Positions 18,668 through 30,689 of a DNA stretch of 64,000 nt are shown here, piece by piece (positions within the stretch are counted from its first letter, which is position 1; every line of letters begins with the position of its first letter). Made by a program: the position numbers and the translations under genes. The notes under the pieces were generated by a model that was not told the DNA's origin, made no database searches, and saw only the letters and a list, made by a program, of their open reading frames with translations. The stretch covers positions 1,024,001 through 1,088,000 of the forward strand of contig CAVYTU010000015.1 in NCBI GenBank assembly GCA_963771465.1. The letters are read 5' to 3'. This stretch comes from an uncultured delta proteobacterium. GTDB lineage: Bacteria > Desulfobacterota > Binatia > UBA9968.

Positions 18668-21305
18668 ATGATAACCGCAAGTGAAATAAGAAAATCTTTT
18701 TTAGACTACTTCGCCAAACAAGAACACACGGTGGTGAAGAGCTCTCCGCTAGTGCCCGATAAGGACCCGACGTTGCTGTTTACCAACGCTGGCATGGTTC
18801 AGTTCAAGAATGTCTTCCTCGGCCAGGAACGCTTGCCTTACGTGCGCGCCGCTAGCTCGCAAAAGTGTCTGCGCATCAGCGGCAAGCACAACGACCTCGA
18901 AGCGGTCGGCCGTGACACCTATCATCACACGTTTTTTGAGATGCTCGGCAACTGGTCCTTCGGCGACTATTACAAAGCCGAGGCGATCGAGTGGGCCTGG
19001 GAACTCTTGACCAAAGAATGGGGCTTGCCCAAGGACAAGCTCTACGCCACCGTTTATAAAAATGACGATGACGCCGAGCAACTGTGGTTCAAAATCAGCG
19101 GCCTGCCACCCGAGCGGGTGAGCCGCTTCGGTGAAAAAGAAAATTTCTGGGAGATGGGCGAGACCGGCCCCTGCGGGCCGTGCAGTGAAATCCATCTCGA
19201 CCGCGGCCCAGCCGCTTGCGACAAGCCCGGCGTCACCGGCCATGAATGCCGCGTCAACGGTGACTGCGCCCGTTATATTGAGCTGTGGAATTTGGTTTTC
19301 ATTCAGTACAACCGCGCCGAGGATCGCAGTCTCTCCGAACTGCCGGCCAAGCACGTCGACACCGGCATGGGTTTGGAACGCATCACCGCCGTGCTGCAAA
19401 AAGTGTTGTCCAACTACGACATCGATTCCATGCGCGCTCTCACCGCGACCACGGAAAAACTCGCCGGCTTAAAATATGGCGTCGATCAGACCTCGGATAT
19501 TTCCTTTCGCGTCATCGACGATCACGCCCGTGCGGTCAGTTTTCTGATCGCCGACGGCGTCACGCCGAGCAACGAAGGGCGCGGCTACGTACTGCGCCGG
19601 TTGCTCCGCCGCGCCGCACGCCACGGCCGTTTGATCGGCTTGAAAGAACCGTTTTTGCACGAAGTGGCGAAGTCGGTGACCGCCGTTATGGGCGACGCTT
19701 ATCCTGAACTGAGGAATGAAGAGCAGCGCATTCGCGAAGTCATCCGCGTCGAAGAAGAACGCTTCGGCGAAACTCTCGACCGCGGCTTGGTTTTGCTCGA
19801 AGACGCGACGGTGAAACTCAAGTCGGAGAATCAGCGCACCCTCGCCGGTGATGTCGCCTTTCGCCTTTACGACACCTACGGCTTTCCGCTCGATCTCACC
19901 GAAGACATTCTGCGCGGTGAAAATATTAACGTCGATCAGACCGGCTTTGAAAAACTCATGGAAGAGCAGCGCACCCGCGGCCGCGAAGCGCGCGAGACCG
20001 TCAGCATGGAATCCAAGATCCAACTCGATGGTCGAGTCCGCTTTACCGGCTACGACCGCCTCGACGACGAATCTTCTGTGATTGGAATATTCGGCAGCGG
20101 CGGCAGCAAAACCGAAGCGGTCGAGGGCGAAGAAATCGACCTGCTCACCGCCGAGACGCCTTTTTATGGTGAATCCGGCGGCCAAGTTGGCGATCGCGGC
20201 GCGATCAGAACCGCGCGCGGCGATGTCGTCGAGATTTTCGACACGCAGCATCCGACGCCGCAGCTCACATCCCATCGCGGCAAGGTCAAGAAAGGGCGCG
20301 TTCAAGTCGGCGACAAAGTCGCATTAATCGTTGATGCTAGGCATCGCCGTAAGATCATGCTCAACCATTCGGCGACGCATATTTTGCACGCCGTGCTGCG
20401 CCGAGAATTGGGCCAACATGTGCGCCAAGCCGGTTCGTTGGTTACGCCCGAACGGCTGCGCTTCGACTTCAACCACACCGGGCCGATCCCGGACGAGAAA
20501 CTCGCGCTCATCGAAGCGGAAGTGAATCAGCATGTGCGCGAGGATGCTGGCGTTTTGACTCAAGAGCTAAGCTACGACGACGCCATGCGCCAAGGCGCGC
20601 TCGCATTTCTTCGGCGACAAGTACGGCGACCGCGTGCGCGTCGTCAGAATCGGCGAGATTTCCACCGAGCTCTGCGGCGGCACGCATATTCGCGCGTCGG
20701 GTGAGATCGGTTTGTTCAAGCTCAATTTCGAAGGCGGCGTCGCCGCCGGCGTGCGCCGCGTCGAGGCCTTCACCGGCGAAGGCGCGTTGGACTTGATTCA
20801 TAATTATCAACTCCGCCTCAAGGAAATCGGCGATCTCGTCCGCGGCAGCGCCGATGACGCCGTCGACAAAGTGAAAAGGCTGCTCGATCGGCAAAAAGAG
20901 CTGGAAAGAGAATTAGACAAACTGCGCGGTCAACTCGACAAAGATCGCGTCCCTGATCTGCTCGCGCGGAAACAATCGGTCGACGGCGCCAGTTTTCTCA
21001 TTACCCAAGTCGACGGCGTCGACGGTAAACAGCTGCGCGACATCGCCGATCAAGTGAAAGAAAAACTCGGCTCCGGCGTGGTGGTCTTGGCCAGCGCCGG
21101 CGAGGCAAATGTAAATTTGGTCGCGTCGGTAAGCAAGGATTTGACCAAGAAGTTTCATGCTGGCAACATCATTAAGGAATTAGCGGCCATGGTCGGTGGC
21201 GGTGGCGGCGGCCGTCCCGATTTCGCTCAGGCCGGCGGCAAGGAACCGGCAAAAATCGATGCGGCGTTGAAACGCGCCGAAGAACTCGTCCGGCAGGCAA
21301 AATGA
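18668..21305 (+). CDS. alaS: Alanine--tRNA ligase; one frameshift near 20606
   Basis: DPTLLFTNAGM, HHTFFEMLGN, DTGMGLER, NHSATH, ELCGGTH, GGGGGRP. Removing one T at 20606-20608 restores ALAFFGDKYG. Confidence 0.97.
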
Positions 21306-21341
21306 TTCTCACCGTACAAGCGCAGAGGGCATTTCGCTAGC

Positions 21342-21770
21342 GTGATCACGATTGAAACCAAAAAGATCATCGAATCCACCGCCGGTTTCTGCGCTATCAT
21401 CGACATTACCGCCAAGCTCAAAGAGCATATTCAGCGGGCCAAAATTCGCGCCGGCACGGCGACGCTTTTCGTCTCCGGCTCTACAGCGGCGCTCACCACC
21501 ATCGAACATGAACCGGGTTTGATTCAGGACTTAAAAGAATTCGTCGAGAAATACATCCCGTCCGATCGCCGCTATCATCACGACGATCGTTGGGGCGATG
21601 ACAACGGCTTCTCCCATCTGCGCGCCTCGCTCTTCGGTCCTTCGTTGGCGATACCCATCGAAAACGGCGCACCCAGCTTGGGCACTTGGCAGCAAGTGAT
21701 CCTGCTCGATTTCGACAATCGTCCACGCACGCGCGAGATTATCGTCCAGCTCATAGGAGAAAAAGAGTGA
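21342..21770 (+). CDS. yjbQ: YjbQ/UPF0047 family protein
   Basis: DIT, STA-x-L, Y-x-H...N-x-x-SHLRA, LGTWQ...DFD. Confidence 0.9.
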   Translation: MITIETKKIIESTAGFCAIIDITAKLKEHIQRAKIRAGTATLFVSGSTAALTTIEHEPGLIQDLKEFVEKYIPSDRRYHHDDRWGDDNGFSHLRASLFGPSLAIPIENGAPSLGTWQQVILLDFDNRPRTREIIVQLIGEKE

Positions 21771-22789
21771 AAGACGAAAAGAGCCAAACCGCAGCCGTGA
21801 CCGAGATCGGCGTCAATCAAATCGAGTTTCACGATCCGCGCTTGTTCCGCGATCTGCTCGGTCAGCATGATCAGCACGTGAAAATCTTGCAAAATACTTT
21901 GCAGGTAAAAATTCGCGTGCGCGGCTCGACGATGGAGATCGACGGCGATCCGCTGCAAGTCGAGCTTGCCGGCCAGATTCTCCGCCAACTCTACAGTCTG
22001 TTGGAAAAAGGCTACCCGGTTTATGCCAGCGACGTCGATTACGCGATTCGTATCTTGAGCGGCGATAGTCACGCCCGCTTGCAAGACATCTTTCTCGACA
22101 CGATCTACATCTCGGCGCACAAGCGCACCATCACGCCCAAGAGCATCGCCCAGAAAGCCTACATCGATGCCATCCGTCGCTACGACATCGTCTTTGGTAT
22201 CGGTCCCGCGGGCACCGGCAAGACCTATCTGGCGATGGCGATGGCGGTCGCCGAATTGATGAAAAATAATTACGTCAGAATTATTCTAACCCGACCGGCG
22301 GTCGAAGCCGGTGAGAAACTCGGCTTCTTGCCCGGTGATCTGGCGGAAAAAGTGAACCCGTATCTGCGCCCGCTCTACGACGCGCTACACGATATGGTCG
22401 ATTTTGACCGGGCGCGAAAGTTAGTCGAACGCGGCACCATCGAAGTGGCGCCGCTGGCGTTCATGCGCGGCCGAACCTTGAACGACTCCTTCGTGATTCT
22501 CGACGAAGCGCAGAACACCACGCCGGAGCAGATGAAGATGTTTCTCACCCGCCTGGGCTACGGTTCGAAAGCGGTTATTACCGGCGACGCAACACAGATC
22601 GATTTGCCGGCAGGAAAGCCCTCAGGTCTGAAAGAAGCCGTGCGGATCTTGAAAGGTGTCCACGGCATCCGCTTCATCACGTTCACCGAGAAAGACGTCG
22701 CGCGTCACCACCTCGTACAAGAGATTATCATGGCCTACGAGCGCGACGAGAGCCACGCCAGCGTGAAAGACTTGCTGGAAAAAGGCTAA
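21767..22789 (+). CDS. phoH: PhoH family ATPase (YbeZ-like)
   Basis: [36 protein letters not shown]; GTGA overlap with yjbQ. Confidence 0.95.
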   Translation: MKDEKSQTAAVTEIGVNQIEFHDPRLFRDLLGQHDQHVKILQNTLQVKIRVRGSTMEIDGDPLQVELAGQILRQLYSLLEKGYPVYASDVDYAIRILSGDSHARLQDIFLDTIYISAHKRTITPKSIAQKAYIDAIRRYDIVFGIGPAGTGKTYLAMAMAVAELMKNNYVRIILTRPAVEAGEKLGFLPGDLAEKVNPYLRPLYDALHDMVDFDRARKLVERGTIEVAPLAFMRGRTLNDSFVILDEAQNTTPEQMKMFLTRLGYGSKAVITGDATQIDLPAGKPSGLKEAVRILKGVHGIRFITFTEKDVARHHLVQEIIMAYERDESHASVKDLLEKG

Positions 22790-22798
22790 CGCAGAATC

Positions 22799-23932
22799 CT
22801 ACTGCACCGGGTCTAGGGTGACTTTGGTCTGCACCGTGCGGCCGTCGCGCAACGATGTCACGTTCACCGCGTCGCCGACTTTATACTTCTCCAATGCGAG
22901 GTACATGTCGTTGGGCGATTCAATTTTTATACCATCAATGGCAGTGATGACATCGCCGAGAATCACTCGGCCCTGAGCATCGCGCCGCGTCGGCAGCATC
23001 CCGGCACGCGCTGCGGCGCTTCCACGGGCGACATCGATAACCAGAACTCCTGTCACGCGCAAGCGTTGAGCGATCTGCTCGTCGGCGATTTGAATGCCGA
23101 ATCCGGGGCGAATAACTTTACCGCTGCGAATAAGCTCCGGCACGATCCGGTTAACCGTGTCGACGGGGATCGCGAAACCTATCCCGGCCGACGTGCCGGA
23201 CGGACTGTAAATCGCCGTGTTGACCCCGATTAGCCGCCCCGCGCTGTCGAGCAGCGGACCGCCGGAGTTTCCCGGATTGATCGCCGCGTCGGATTGAATC
23301 ACGCCCTGAATCGGCCGGCGCGTCACCGATTCGATCTCGCGGTTGAGCGCGCTGATGATACCGGTGGTGAGCGTTTGATCGAGGCCGAAGGGATTGCCGA
23401 TCGCGAAAACATTCTGGCCCACCTGCAAATCCTTCGACGTGCCGATGGGAATCCGCTGTAGTTTATTCGCCGGAGCGTCGATTTTCAGCACGGCTAAATC
23501 TTTATCCGGCGCGACCCCGACAACGCGCGCTTTCCAGTTCGACTGATCGGCAAGTGTGACCTGCGCCCCGTCGGCATTTTGAATCACGTGAAAATTGGTG
23601 ATGATGTTGCCCGCAGTGTCCCAGACAAAACCGGAGCCTGTGCCCTGCGGGATCTGATATTGATTCAACGTGAACATATCCCGCTCGACTCCGAGAACGG
23701 TGATATTTACCACTGCCGGCGACGCCTGTTTGAACAATGCAATGTTCAATTTTTCTTCCGCGCGTAATTCGCCGCGCGGTGTCACCGTCCGTGGCGCTGC
23801 CTTGGGATCGTTGAGTGCGGCGCCATTCAACCAAGCTCCCTTGGTAATGAAGAGCGTCAGCGCGGCGAAGGCCAGCGCTGGCCAGAAATAATTTATCGCA
23901 CGTGAGCGCGGTTTAGCACTTGGTTCAGCCAT
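22799..23932 (-). CDS. HtrA/DegP-family (S1C) serine protease with a single PDZ domain
   Basis: GSGF, TNFHV, DLAVL, DAAINPGNSGGPL, C-terminal GDVI PDZ; N-terminal TM. Confidence 0.95.
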   Translation of the reverse strand: MAEPSAKPRSRAINYFWPALAFAALTLFITKGAWLNGAALNDPKAAPRTVTPRGELRAEEKLNIALFKQASPAVVNITVLGVERDMFTLNQYQIPQGTGSGFVWDTAGNIITNFHVIQNADGAQVTLADQSNWKARVVGVAPDKDLAVLKIDAPANKLQRIPIGTSKDLQVGQNVFAIGNPFGLDQTLTTGIISALNREIESVTRRPIQGVIQSDAAINPGNSGGPLLDSAGRLIGVNTAIYSPSGTSAGIGFAIPVDTVNRIVPELIRSGKVIRPGFGIQIADEQIAQRLRVTGVLVIDVARGSAAARAGMLPTRRDAQGRVILGDVITAIDGIKIESPNDMYLALEKYKVGDAVNVTSLRDGRTVQTKVTLDPVQ

Positions 23933-23966
23933 CGATTCCTCAGTTTTTCGTTTGATAAACTAATTA

Positions 23967-24029
23967 AAGCTAGGGATGCAGGAGCTCATTGTCAAGCCGA
24001 TTGACAGTCGGGAAATCCGTACTTAGTTT
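23967..24029. promoter_or_regulatory. Back-to-back sigma70-type promoters for htrA (minus) and hsp20 (plus)
   Basis: Minus: TTGACA(23995-23990)-N17-TAGCTT. Plus: TTGACA(24001-24006)-N17-TAGTTT. Confidence 0.65.
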
Positions 24030-24071
24030 TCCCTCATCTTAATAAACACCCTTAAAAAAGGAGGGGCAATT

Positions 24072-24518
24072 ATGGAACTAGTAAGATGGGAACCGTTTGA
24101 CGGCATGAGCCGGCTGCACAGCAGAATTAACGATCTATTCGATGAGAGCGTCGGGCGGGCGCGCACGCTGCCGTCAGCGACCGCGGGTGCATGGCTACCG
24201 CCGGTGGACATTCTCGAAAGCAAAGAGGCGTATCTGATTCGCGCTGAGTTACCGGGGATGAAAAAGGAAGATTTCAACTTGGAAGTCAACGACGGTACTT
24301 TGACGCTGAGCGGCGAGCGCAAATCCGAAGGCTTGAACAACGATGTCGAGTATCACCGAACCGAGCGGGTGCATGGCAGGTTTTCGCGATCCTTCTATCT
24401 GCCGCAGACCGTCAAGCAGGACGGTATCAAGGCCACCTATCGTGACGGGATTCTGGAGATCCACGTGCCCAAAGTCGAGGAAGCGAAGCCTCGCCAAATC
24501 TCCATCAGCGTGAACTAA
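24072..24518 (+). CDS. Hsp20/alpha-crystallin small heat shock protein
   Basis: W-x-P-x-VDI-x-E, AELPG, ER-x-x-G-x-F-x-RSF-x-LP, A-x-Y-x-DGIL-x-I; AGGAGG RBS. Confidence 0.97.
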   Translation: MELVRWEPFDGMSRLHSRINDLFDESVGRARTLPSATAGAWLPPVDILESKEAYLIRAELPGMKKEDFNLEVNDGTLTLSGERKSEGLNNDVEYHRTERVHGRFSRSFYLPQTVKQDGIKATYRDGILEIHVPKVEEAKPRQISISVN

Positions 24519-24542
24519 TCCGTCTGCACTAGAATTGGCGTC

Positions 24543-24570
24543 AAAAGGGGAAGCAACCGCTTCCCCTTTT
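24543..24570 (+). terminator. Intrinsic terminator after hsp20
   Basis: AAAAGGGGAAGC-AACC-GCTTCCCCTTTT perfect hairpin. Confidence 0.85.
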
Positions 24571-24849
24571 GCATTTGCGTTCAACCCCGGATTCCACCGT
24601 TGAAGTAATTGCATGCGCCGACCGAGGCGCGGTCCTGGAGTAGTGAAGACACCTAACGCCGCGGATACAGAGTCAGTTTGCGTGGTTGGCTAGTCGTTCC
24701 AAAGGCTACCAATGGTTGCTCGCTCGGCAACCATGTCGGTTGCCTGCTCATCTATGAAAGCTTTGTCAAGGTGGCTGTTAATTCCCGAATCGAGCACTCC
24801 TCGAATGTTTCTGAGTAAACCTATTCCCGTCGTCTGTCATTCTAACCCG

Positions 24850-25165
24850 ATGGCGGCAAGGTGCGCTATGGGCGGGTGAGAAAGGACGTGAATCTTTATC
24901 TCAAGTGGGCCTTTACCGAGGCGGCCAACAGCGCGGTGCTCAACCGCGAGCGCTGTGATTACCGACACGTTGCCCGGCTGTATGAAAAACGTCAAAGCCA
25001 GACGGGGTCACGGCAAGGCGATTATCGCGGTAGCTCGCCACCTGGCCGAGGCCGCTTTTTGGATGTTGACAAAAGGAGAAAACTATCGCGAACCGATGTT
25101 ATCCACACAACGCTAAGCGCAGCCTGCTCATGGGTCCACTGAGACCCGCCCTCTGATTGCGACAG
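24850..25165 (+). mobile_element. IS110-family transposase C-terminal remnant with downstream non-coding end
   Basis: GGKVRYGRVRKDVNLYLKWAFTEAA...LYE, then a frameshift, then VKARRGHGKAIIAVARHLAEAAFWMLTKGENYREP (Transposase_20 tail). Confidence 0.85.
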
Positions 25166-25327
25166 CGTCTCCGCTGCCACCGGGGTGCCGGGACTCCACT
25201 GCTTGGCAAAGTTTTTAATCGTTCCACGACGGTGCGCCAATTTACATTCCTAGACCTTGTGGCCTTGGTCGTTTTCCACTCGTGCCCAGGTGTAATGTTT
25301 GTGAACATCCAATGCGATATATTCCAT
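25165..25327 (-). mobile_element. IS110-family transposase N-terminal remnant (DEDD domain) with an internal stop
   Basis: GGAGG RBS, then MEYIALDVHKHYTWARVENDQGHKV*ECKLAHRRGTIKNFAKQWSPGTPVAAET; YI-x-LDVHK and VA-x-E are IS110 RuvC-like motifs. Confidence 0.8.
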
Positions 25328-25488
25328 TTGCGATTTCCTCCTCCAGCCGTCAGTCTATCTACCGACGCTGCGGATTTCATCGCTTTCATATTAATCAGAG
25401 GCACAGACCCATTGTCTTCACCACGGAAGGATCGCGCCTCGCTCCCTGTTTCAATTTTATCCGGGGAATCGGGCTAAACGAAAAACTT

Positions 25489-25526
25489 AAAAAAAGGGGC
25501 TCTCAGTTTCCCGAGCGCCCCTTTTT
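25489..25526 (-). terminator. Intrinsic terminator after groEL
   Basis: AAAAAGGGGC...GCCCCTTTTT stem with a poly-T tail on the minus strand. Confidence 0.75.
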
Positions 25527-25547
25527 GCTCTGACGAACAATCGATGT

Positions 25548-27475
<1,928 letters not shown>

Positions 27476-27533
27476 AGCACCCTCCTCAAAAATAAAACAG
27501 ATATTTAGCTATCCAGAAAGAAATGGATGCGGA

Positions 27534-27562
27534 AAACTAATTCTCCCCAAGCCAATCGTCAA
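27534..27562 (-). promoter_or_regulatory. sigma70-type promoter of groES-groEL
   Basis: TTGACG-N17-TAGTTT on the minus strand. Confidence 0.6.
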
Positions 27563-27602
27563 GGGGGGAACGAAAGAAATTAGCAATTATTTACTTGGAT
27601 GC

Positions 27603-27980
27603 CTAGCTCTCAGGCTTGTATGGGGGCACCGCCAAGCTACGAATATAAGCGACGATATCACGAATCTGCTTATCGTTGAACGAATTGCCCCAACCAGGCA
27701 TAAAACTCGATTTTCCAACCGCACTGCCTCCTTTAGCAATCATGTCGACGAGAAATTTGTCGTTCATCTGATTCATTACCGCCCCGTTAGTGTGATCAGC
27801 GGGACGGACCGGCAAGGCTCGTCCGGACGGTCCATCGCCCTTACCGGTATCGCCGTGGCATGCCGAGCAAAAATTTGTGTAGAGCTTTTTCCCCTCGCCC
27901 TGATTCTGTCCGTAGCTGACTCCTGCGGCAGCACCGACCAAAATAAGCGCCAGTGATAATGCCATCGGTCCCGTCTTCAT
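27603..27980 (-). CDS. Monoheme class I cytochrome c
   Basis: Signal peptide, CSACHG-x-x-G-x-GDG, distal MP-x-W, IVAYIRSL. Confidence 0.93.
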   Translation of the reverse strand: MKTGPMALSLALILVGAAAGVSYGQNQGEGKKLYTNFCSACHGDTGKGDGPSGRALPVRPADHTNGAVMNQMNDKFLVDMIAKGGSAVGKSSFMPGWGNSFNDKQIRDIVAYIRSLAVPPYKPES

Positions 27981-28143
27981 CTTCCCTTTTGCCTTTCAAA
28001 TGATTTGGGATTCCGTCTTTCCTAGCAGATTCCATCGTAAAACGACAGAGCCAGGCCGCCTCGTTTCGCCGGCCGAAAAGCTACCCATTAGACGGGAATA
28101 GTGATAAGTACTTCAGCGCAAAAGCTGAAACCGAGGGGGCGTC

Positions 28144-28764
28144 ATGATCAAAATCTGGGGCAGAACAGACTCATCCAACGTGCAGAAAGTGCTCTGGTGC
28201 CTGGGCGAGCTTGGCTTGCCCTTCGAACGCCAGGATTGGGGCGGCAAATTTGGCGGTAATAAGGATAATGACTATCTGGCCATGAATCCCAACGGCCTCG
28301 TGCCGACGATGAAAGACGGCGAGTTCATTCTTTGGGAGTCCAACAGCATCATGCGCTATCTCAACGCCAAACATGGCGATGGCAAACTCTTGCCGGCGAC
28401 GCCCGAAGGGATGGCCAACGCCAACCGCTGGATGGATTGGCAACTGTCGGTCTTGAATCCAGCCATCGTGCCGTTGTTTTGGAACCTCATTCGAACGCCC
28501 GAGGATAAACGCGATCCAAAAATCGTCCAAAACGCACTGGACAAAACCAGCGCCGCGTGGCAAATGGTCGAAAATCAACTGGCGCAATGCGCTTTCGTCG
28601 CCGGCGAAAATCTGTCCCTGGGCGACATTCCCCTCGGTGTTTGGGCCTACCGCTGGTTCAATCTGCCCATCGAGCGCCCACGCCAGCCGAACCTCGAAAA
28701 CTGGTACGAACGGCTAAAACACCGCAAGCCGTACCAGACTCACATCATGATCCCGCTCACCTAG
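28144..28764 (+). CDS. Glutathione S-transferase (GstB/YliJ-like)
   Basis: IWGR-x-x-S-x-NVQKV, NPNGLVP, LWESNSI-x-RYL, S-x-x-DI. Confidence 0.95.
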   Translation: MIKIWGRTDSSNVQKVLWCLGELGLPFERQDWGGKFGGNKDNDYLAMNPNGLVPTMKDGEFILWESNSIMRYLNAKHGDGKLLPATPEGMANANRWMDWQLSVLNPAIVPLFWNLIRTPEDKRDPKIVQNALDKTSAAWQMVENQLAQCAFVAGENLSLGDIPLGVWAYRWFNLPIERPRQPNLENWYERLKHRKPYQTHIMIPLT

Positions 28765-28866
28765 AGACTGGGAAGTGGCTGCATGAAATAATCATTGCCG
28801 GCACTCAATGATAGCGCCAGGAGCGCGGACGGATCAGCAGGCAGATTTCGCCAACCGAAATACAGT

Positions 28867-30282
28867 TCACTTGCTGCCGGGAAACGTGACATCGATTTTC
28901 GCACCGCCCGAGCGCGACTCGGAAATTTGGATTGAGCCACCGTTGCGCTCGACAAATTTCTTGGCTAGCGGCAAACCGATACCGGTTCCACGCGACTTCG
29001 TCGTAAAGAACGGTTCGAAAACTTTCTCTCGGCTCTCGGCGGGAATTCCCTCACCCGTGTCTTCAATGGACACAACTACCTGCGGCGCCACGCCGTTGCC
29101 CGGTTCCGCGCTGGTGCGGATCGTCACCGTGCCGCCTTTGGGAGTCGCCTCCAGCGCGTTGGTAATCAATCCCATAAAAATCTGTTCCGCGTGGTTCGCG
29201 TCCGAGCGGACTTTAGGAATATTGACGCCAAGGTCAAGGCTCAGCGTAACCACTGATTCGGCAAAACGCGGCCGCAGCGTCTGGACCACGTCATCGATCA
29301 GCGCATTGACTTCTACCGCCACCGGATGCGGTTCCATGGGTTTGGCAAAGTTGAGCAATCCCTGCATGCGATTTTGCACCCGGTCAACTTGCTCGATGAT
29401 GCTTTGCAGGTTCGCTTTCATCTTGCGGCGCTGCTCGATGCTACTCTCCGGCCCGGCATCCAGCATCGCCACTTGCGCTGCGGCGCGAATCGATGACAAC
29501 GGGTTGCCAATCCCATGCGCTACCGCCGCCGCCATCTCGCCCACCGCGGCCATGCGCTGGGAAGCGATCAGCTCAGATTGCATCGTCAACAGATTTTGCT
29601 GCTGTTCGTCGATCTTGCGCCCGGCTTGCCGCACGATGGCGAACAACGACAAGTACAACAGGAGTCCGCCGCCAAGTGCACCCAACAAAACCACCAGTCT
29701 GGCTTCTCGTAGGTCACGAGTTATCGGGTCGGCGCTTTTGTAGGTTTCAAACACGCCTAATAGTTGGTTGCCGGCGGCGGAAAAGATCGGCACGTAAACT
29801 TCCACGGCTCCGCCAGGAGAATCGGGCTCGAAAACATTCTCGGTTTTGTCTAACGAGCTGATGTCCGCGACGATGTTTCCTTTGAGCGCCTGCTGTAGCT
29901 CGGGGTTATCGGCGAACGATTTTCCGACCAAACGCTTGTCGTCCGACCAAATGACCACCCCTTTAGGATTGTAAACCTTGAATCGGATAATATCGGGCAT
30001 GCGCCGCATGTGAGCCAGCAAGGCGGCGAACTTATGCCCCACCGATTTCCGGTCTAGCGCGGTGAAATCGTAGTCGTCGAGCAGTTGTTTAACATCGCCG
30101 CGCACCATTCGGGCGGTCGCTTGCCACTCATGTTCAAGAATGGAATTGATCAAGTAATTTGAAACAAAAAACCAAAGCGCCGCGGCCATAATGCCGATGC
30201 AAAGAAAGCTATGAAAGGCGAAGCGTGTCGTCAGGCTCACGTTCGACCACCGGGACCCAATCGAGCTAATTCCGAACTTCAT
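28867..30282 (-). CDS. Membrane sensor histidine kinase (NtrB-like core)
   Basis: Two TM segments, H-box AAVAHGIGNPL, NALEA, DTGEGI, FEPFFTTK, GTGIGL. Confidence 0.93.
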   Translation of the reverse strand: MKFGISSIGSRWSNVSLTTRFAFHSFLCIGIMAAALWFFVSNYLINSILEHEWQATARMVRGDVKQLLDDYDFTALDRKSVGHKFAALLAHMRRMPDIIRFKVYNPKGVVIWSDDKRLVGKSFADNPELQQALKGNIVADISSLDKTENVFEPDSPGGAVEVYVPIFSAAGNQLLGVFETYKSADPITRDLREARLVVLLGALGGGLLLYLSLFAIVRQAGRKIDEQQQNLLTMQSELIASQRMAAVGEMAAAVAHGIGNPLSSIRAAAQVAMLDAGPESSIEQRRKMKANLQSIIEQVDRVQNRMQGLLNFAKPMEPHPVAVEVNALIDDVVQTLRPRFAESVVTLSLDLGVNIPKVRSDANHAEQIFMGLITNALEATPKGGTVTIRTSAEPGNGVAPQVVVSIEDTGEGIPAESREKVFEPFFTTKSRGTGIGLPLAKKFVERNGGSIQISESRSGGAKIDVTFPGSK

Positions 30283-30689
30283 GACCGTTCACTCGAATTA
30301 CCGCGTCTACTATCATCACTCCTCCTACGGGTTTGCCAAATCGTCGACGTCACTGCGCAGGCGGGGTACCAATTCTGCCGCTGTTTAAATATCGCAAAGG
30401 GGCTGCTCGCCTTTTTGGAAACCCATTTAAAGGGTTTCACGCTGGGAGCAGCCAGGACGAAAGCTGAATCTCCGAAACTCGCCTCGCTCTTTATTATTTG
30501 GCCGGTCATGAATTTTCAAGGCGATTCAAACAAGATCGCTATCTGGTTCATCGGCGTTGCCGCTGTCAGAGACCAAAGCGCAAGCCGTGTTTGATAATGT
30601 CGAGTTAGCTGATCGGGCGTTTACTTGCTCTGAGCTTTCCGTCTAGCGAAACGCTCAGCCAATACTTAGAAGTCCCGCGCGAGCCAAGA

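Noticed and set aside
20600-20615. alaS split as programmed frameshift or pseudogene
   Set aside because: Essential gene, single extra T in a short run, no slippery heptamer; most likely a sequencing indel.
25098-25106. Perfect DnaA box TTATCCACA
   Set aside because: Single copy within an IS remnant; no box cluster or origin context.
27580-27606. CIRCE element upstream of groES (TTAGCAATT-N9-GATGCCTAG)
   Set aside because: Only 7/9 and 5/9 matches, and it overlaps the cytochrome c stop; too degenerate to call.
28808-29743. 311-aa ORF on + strand
   Set aside because: Antisense shadow of the histidine kinase.
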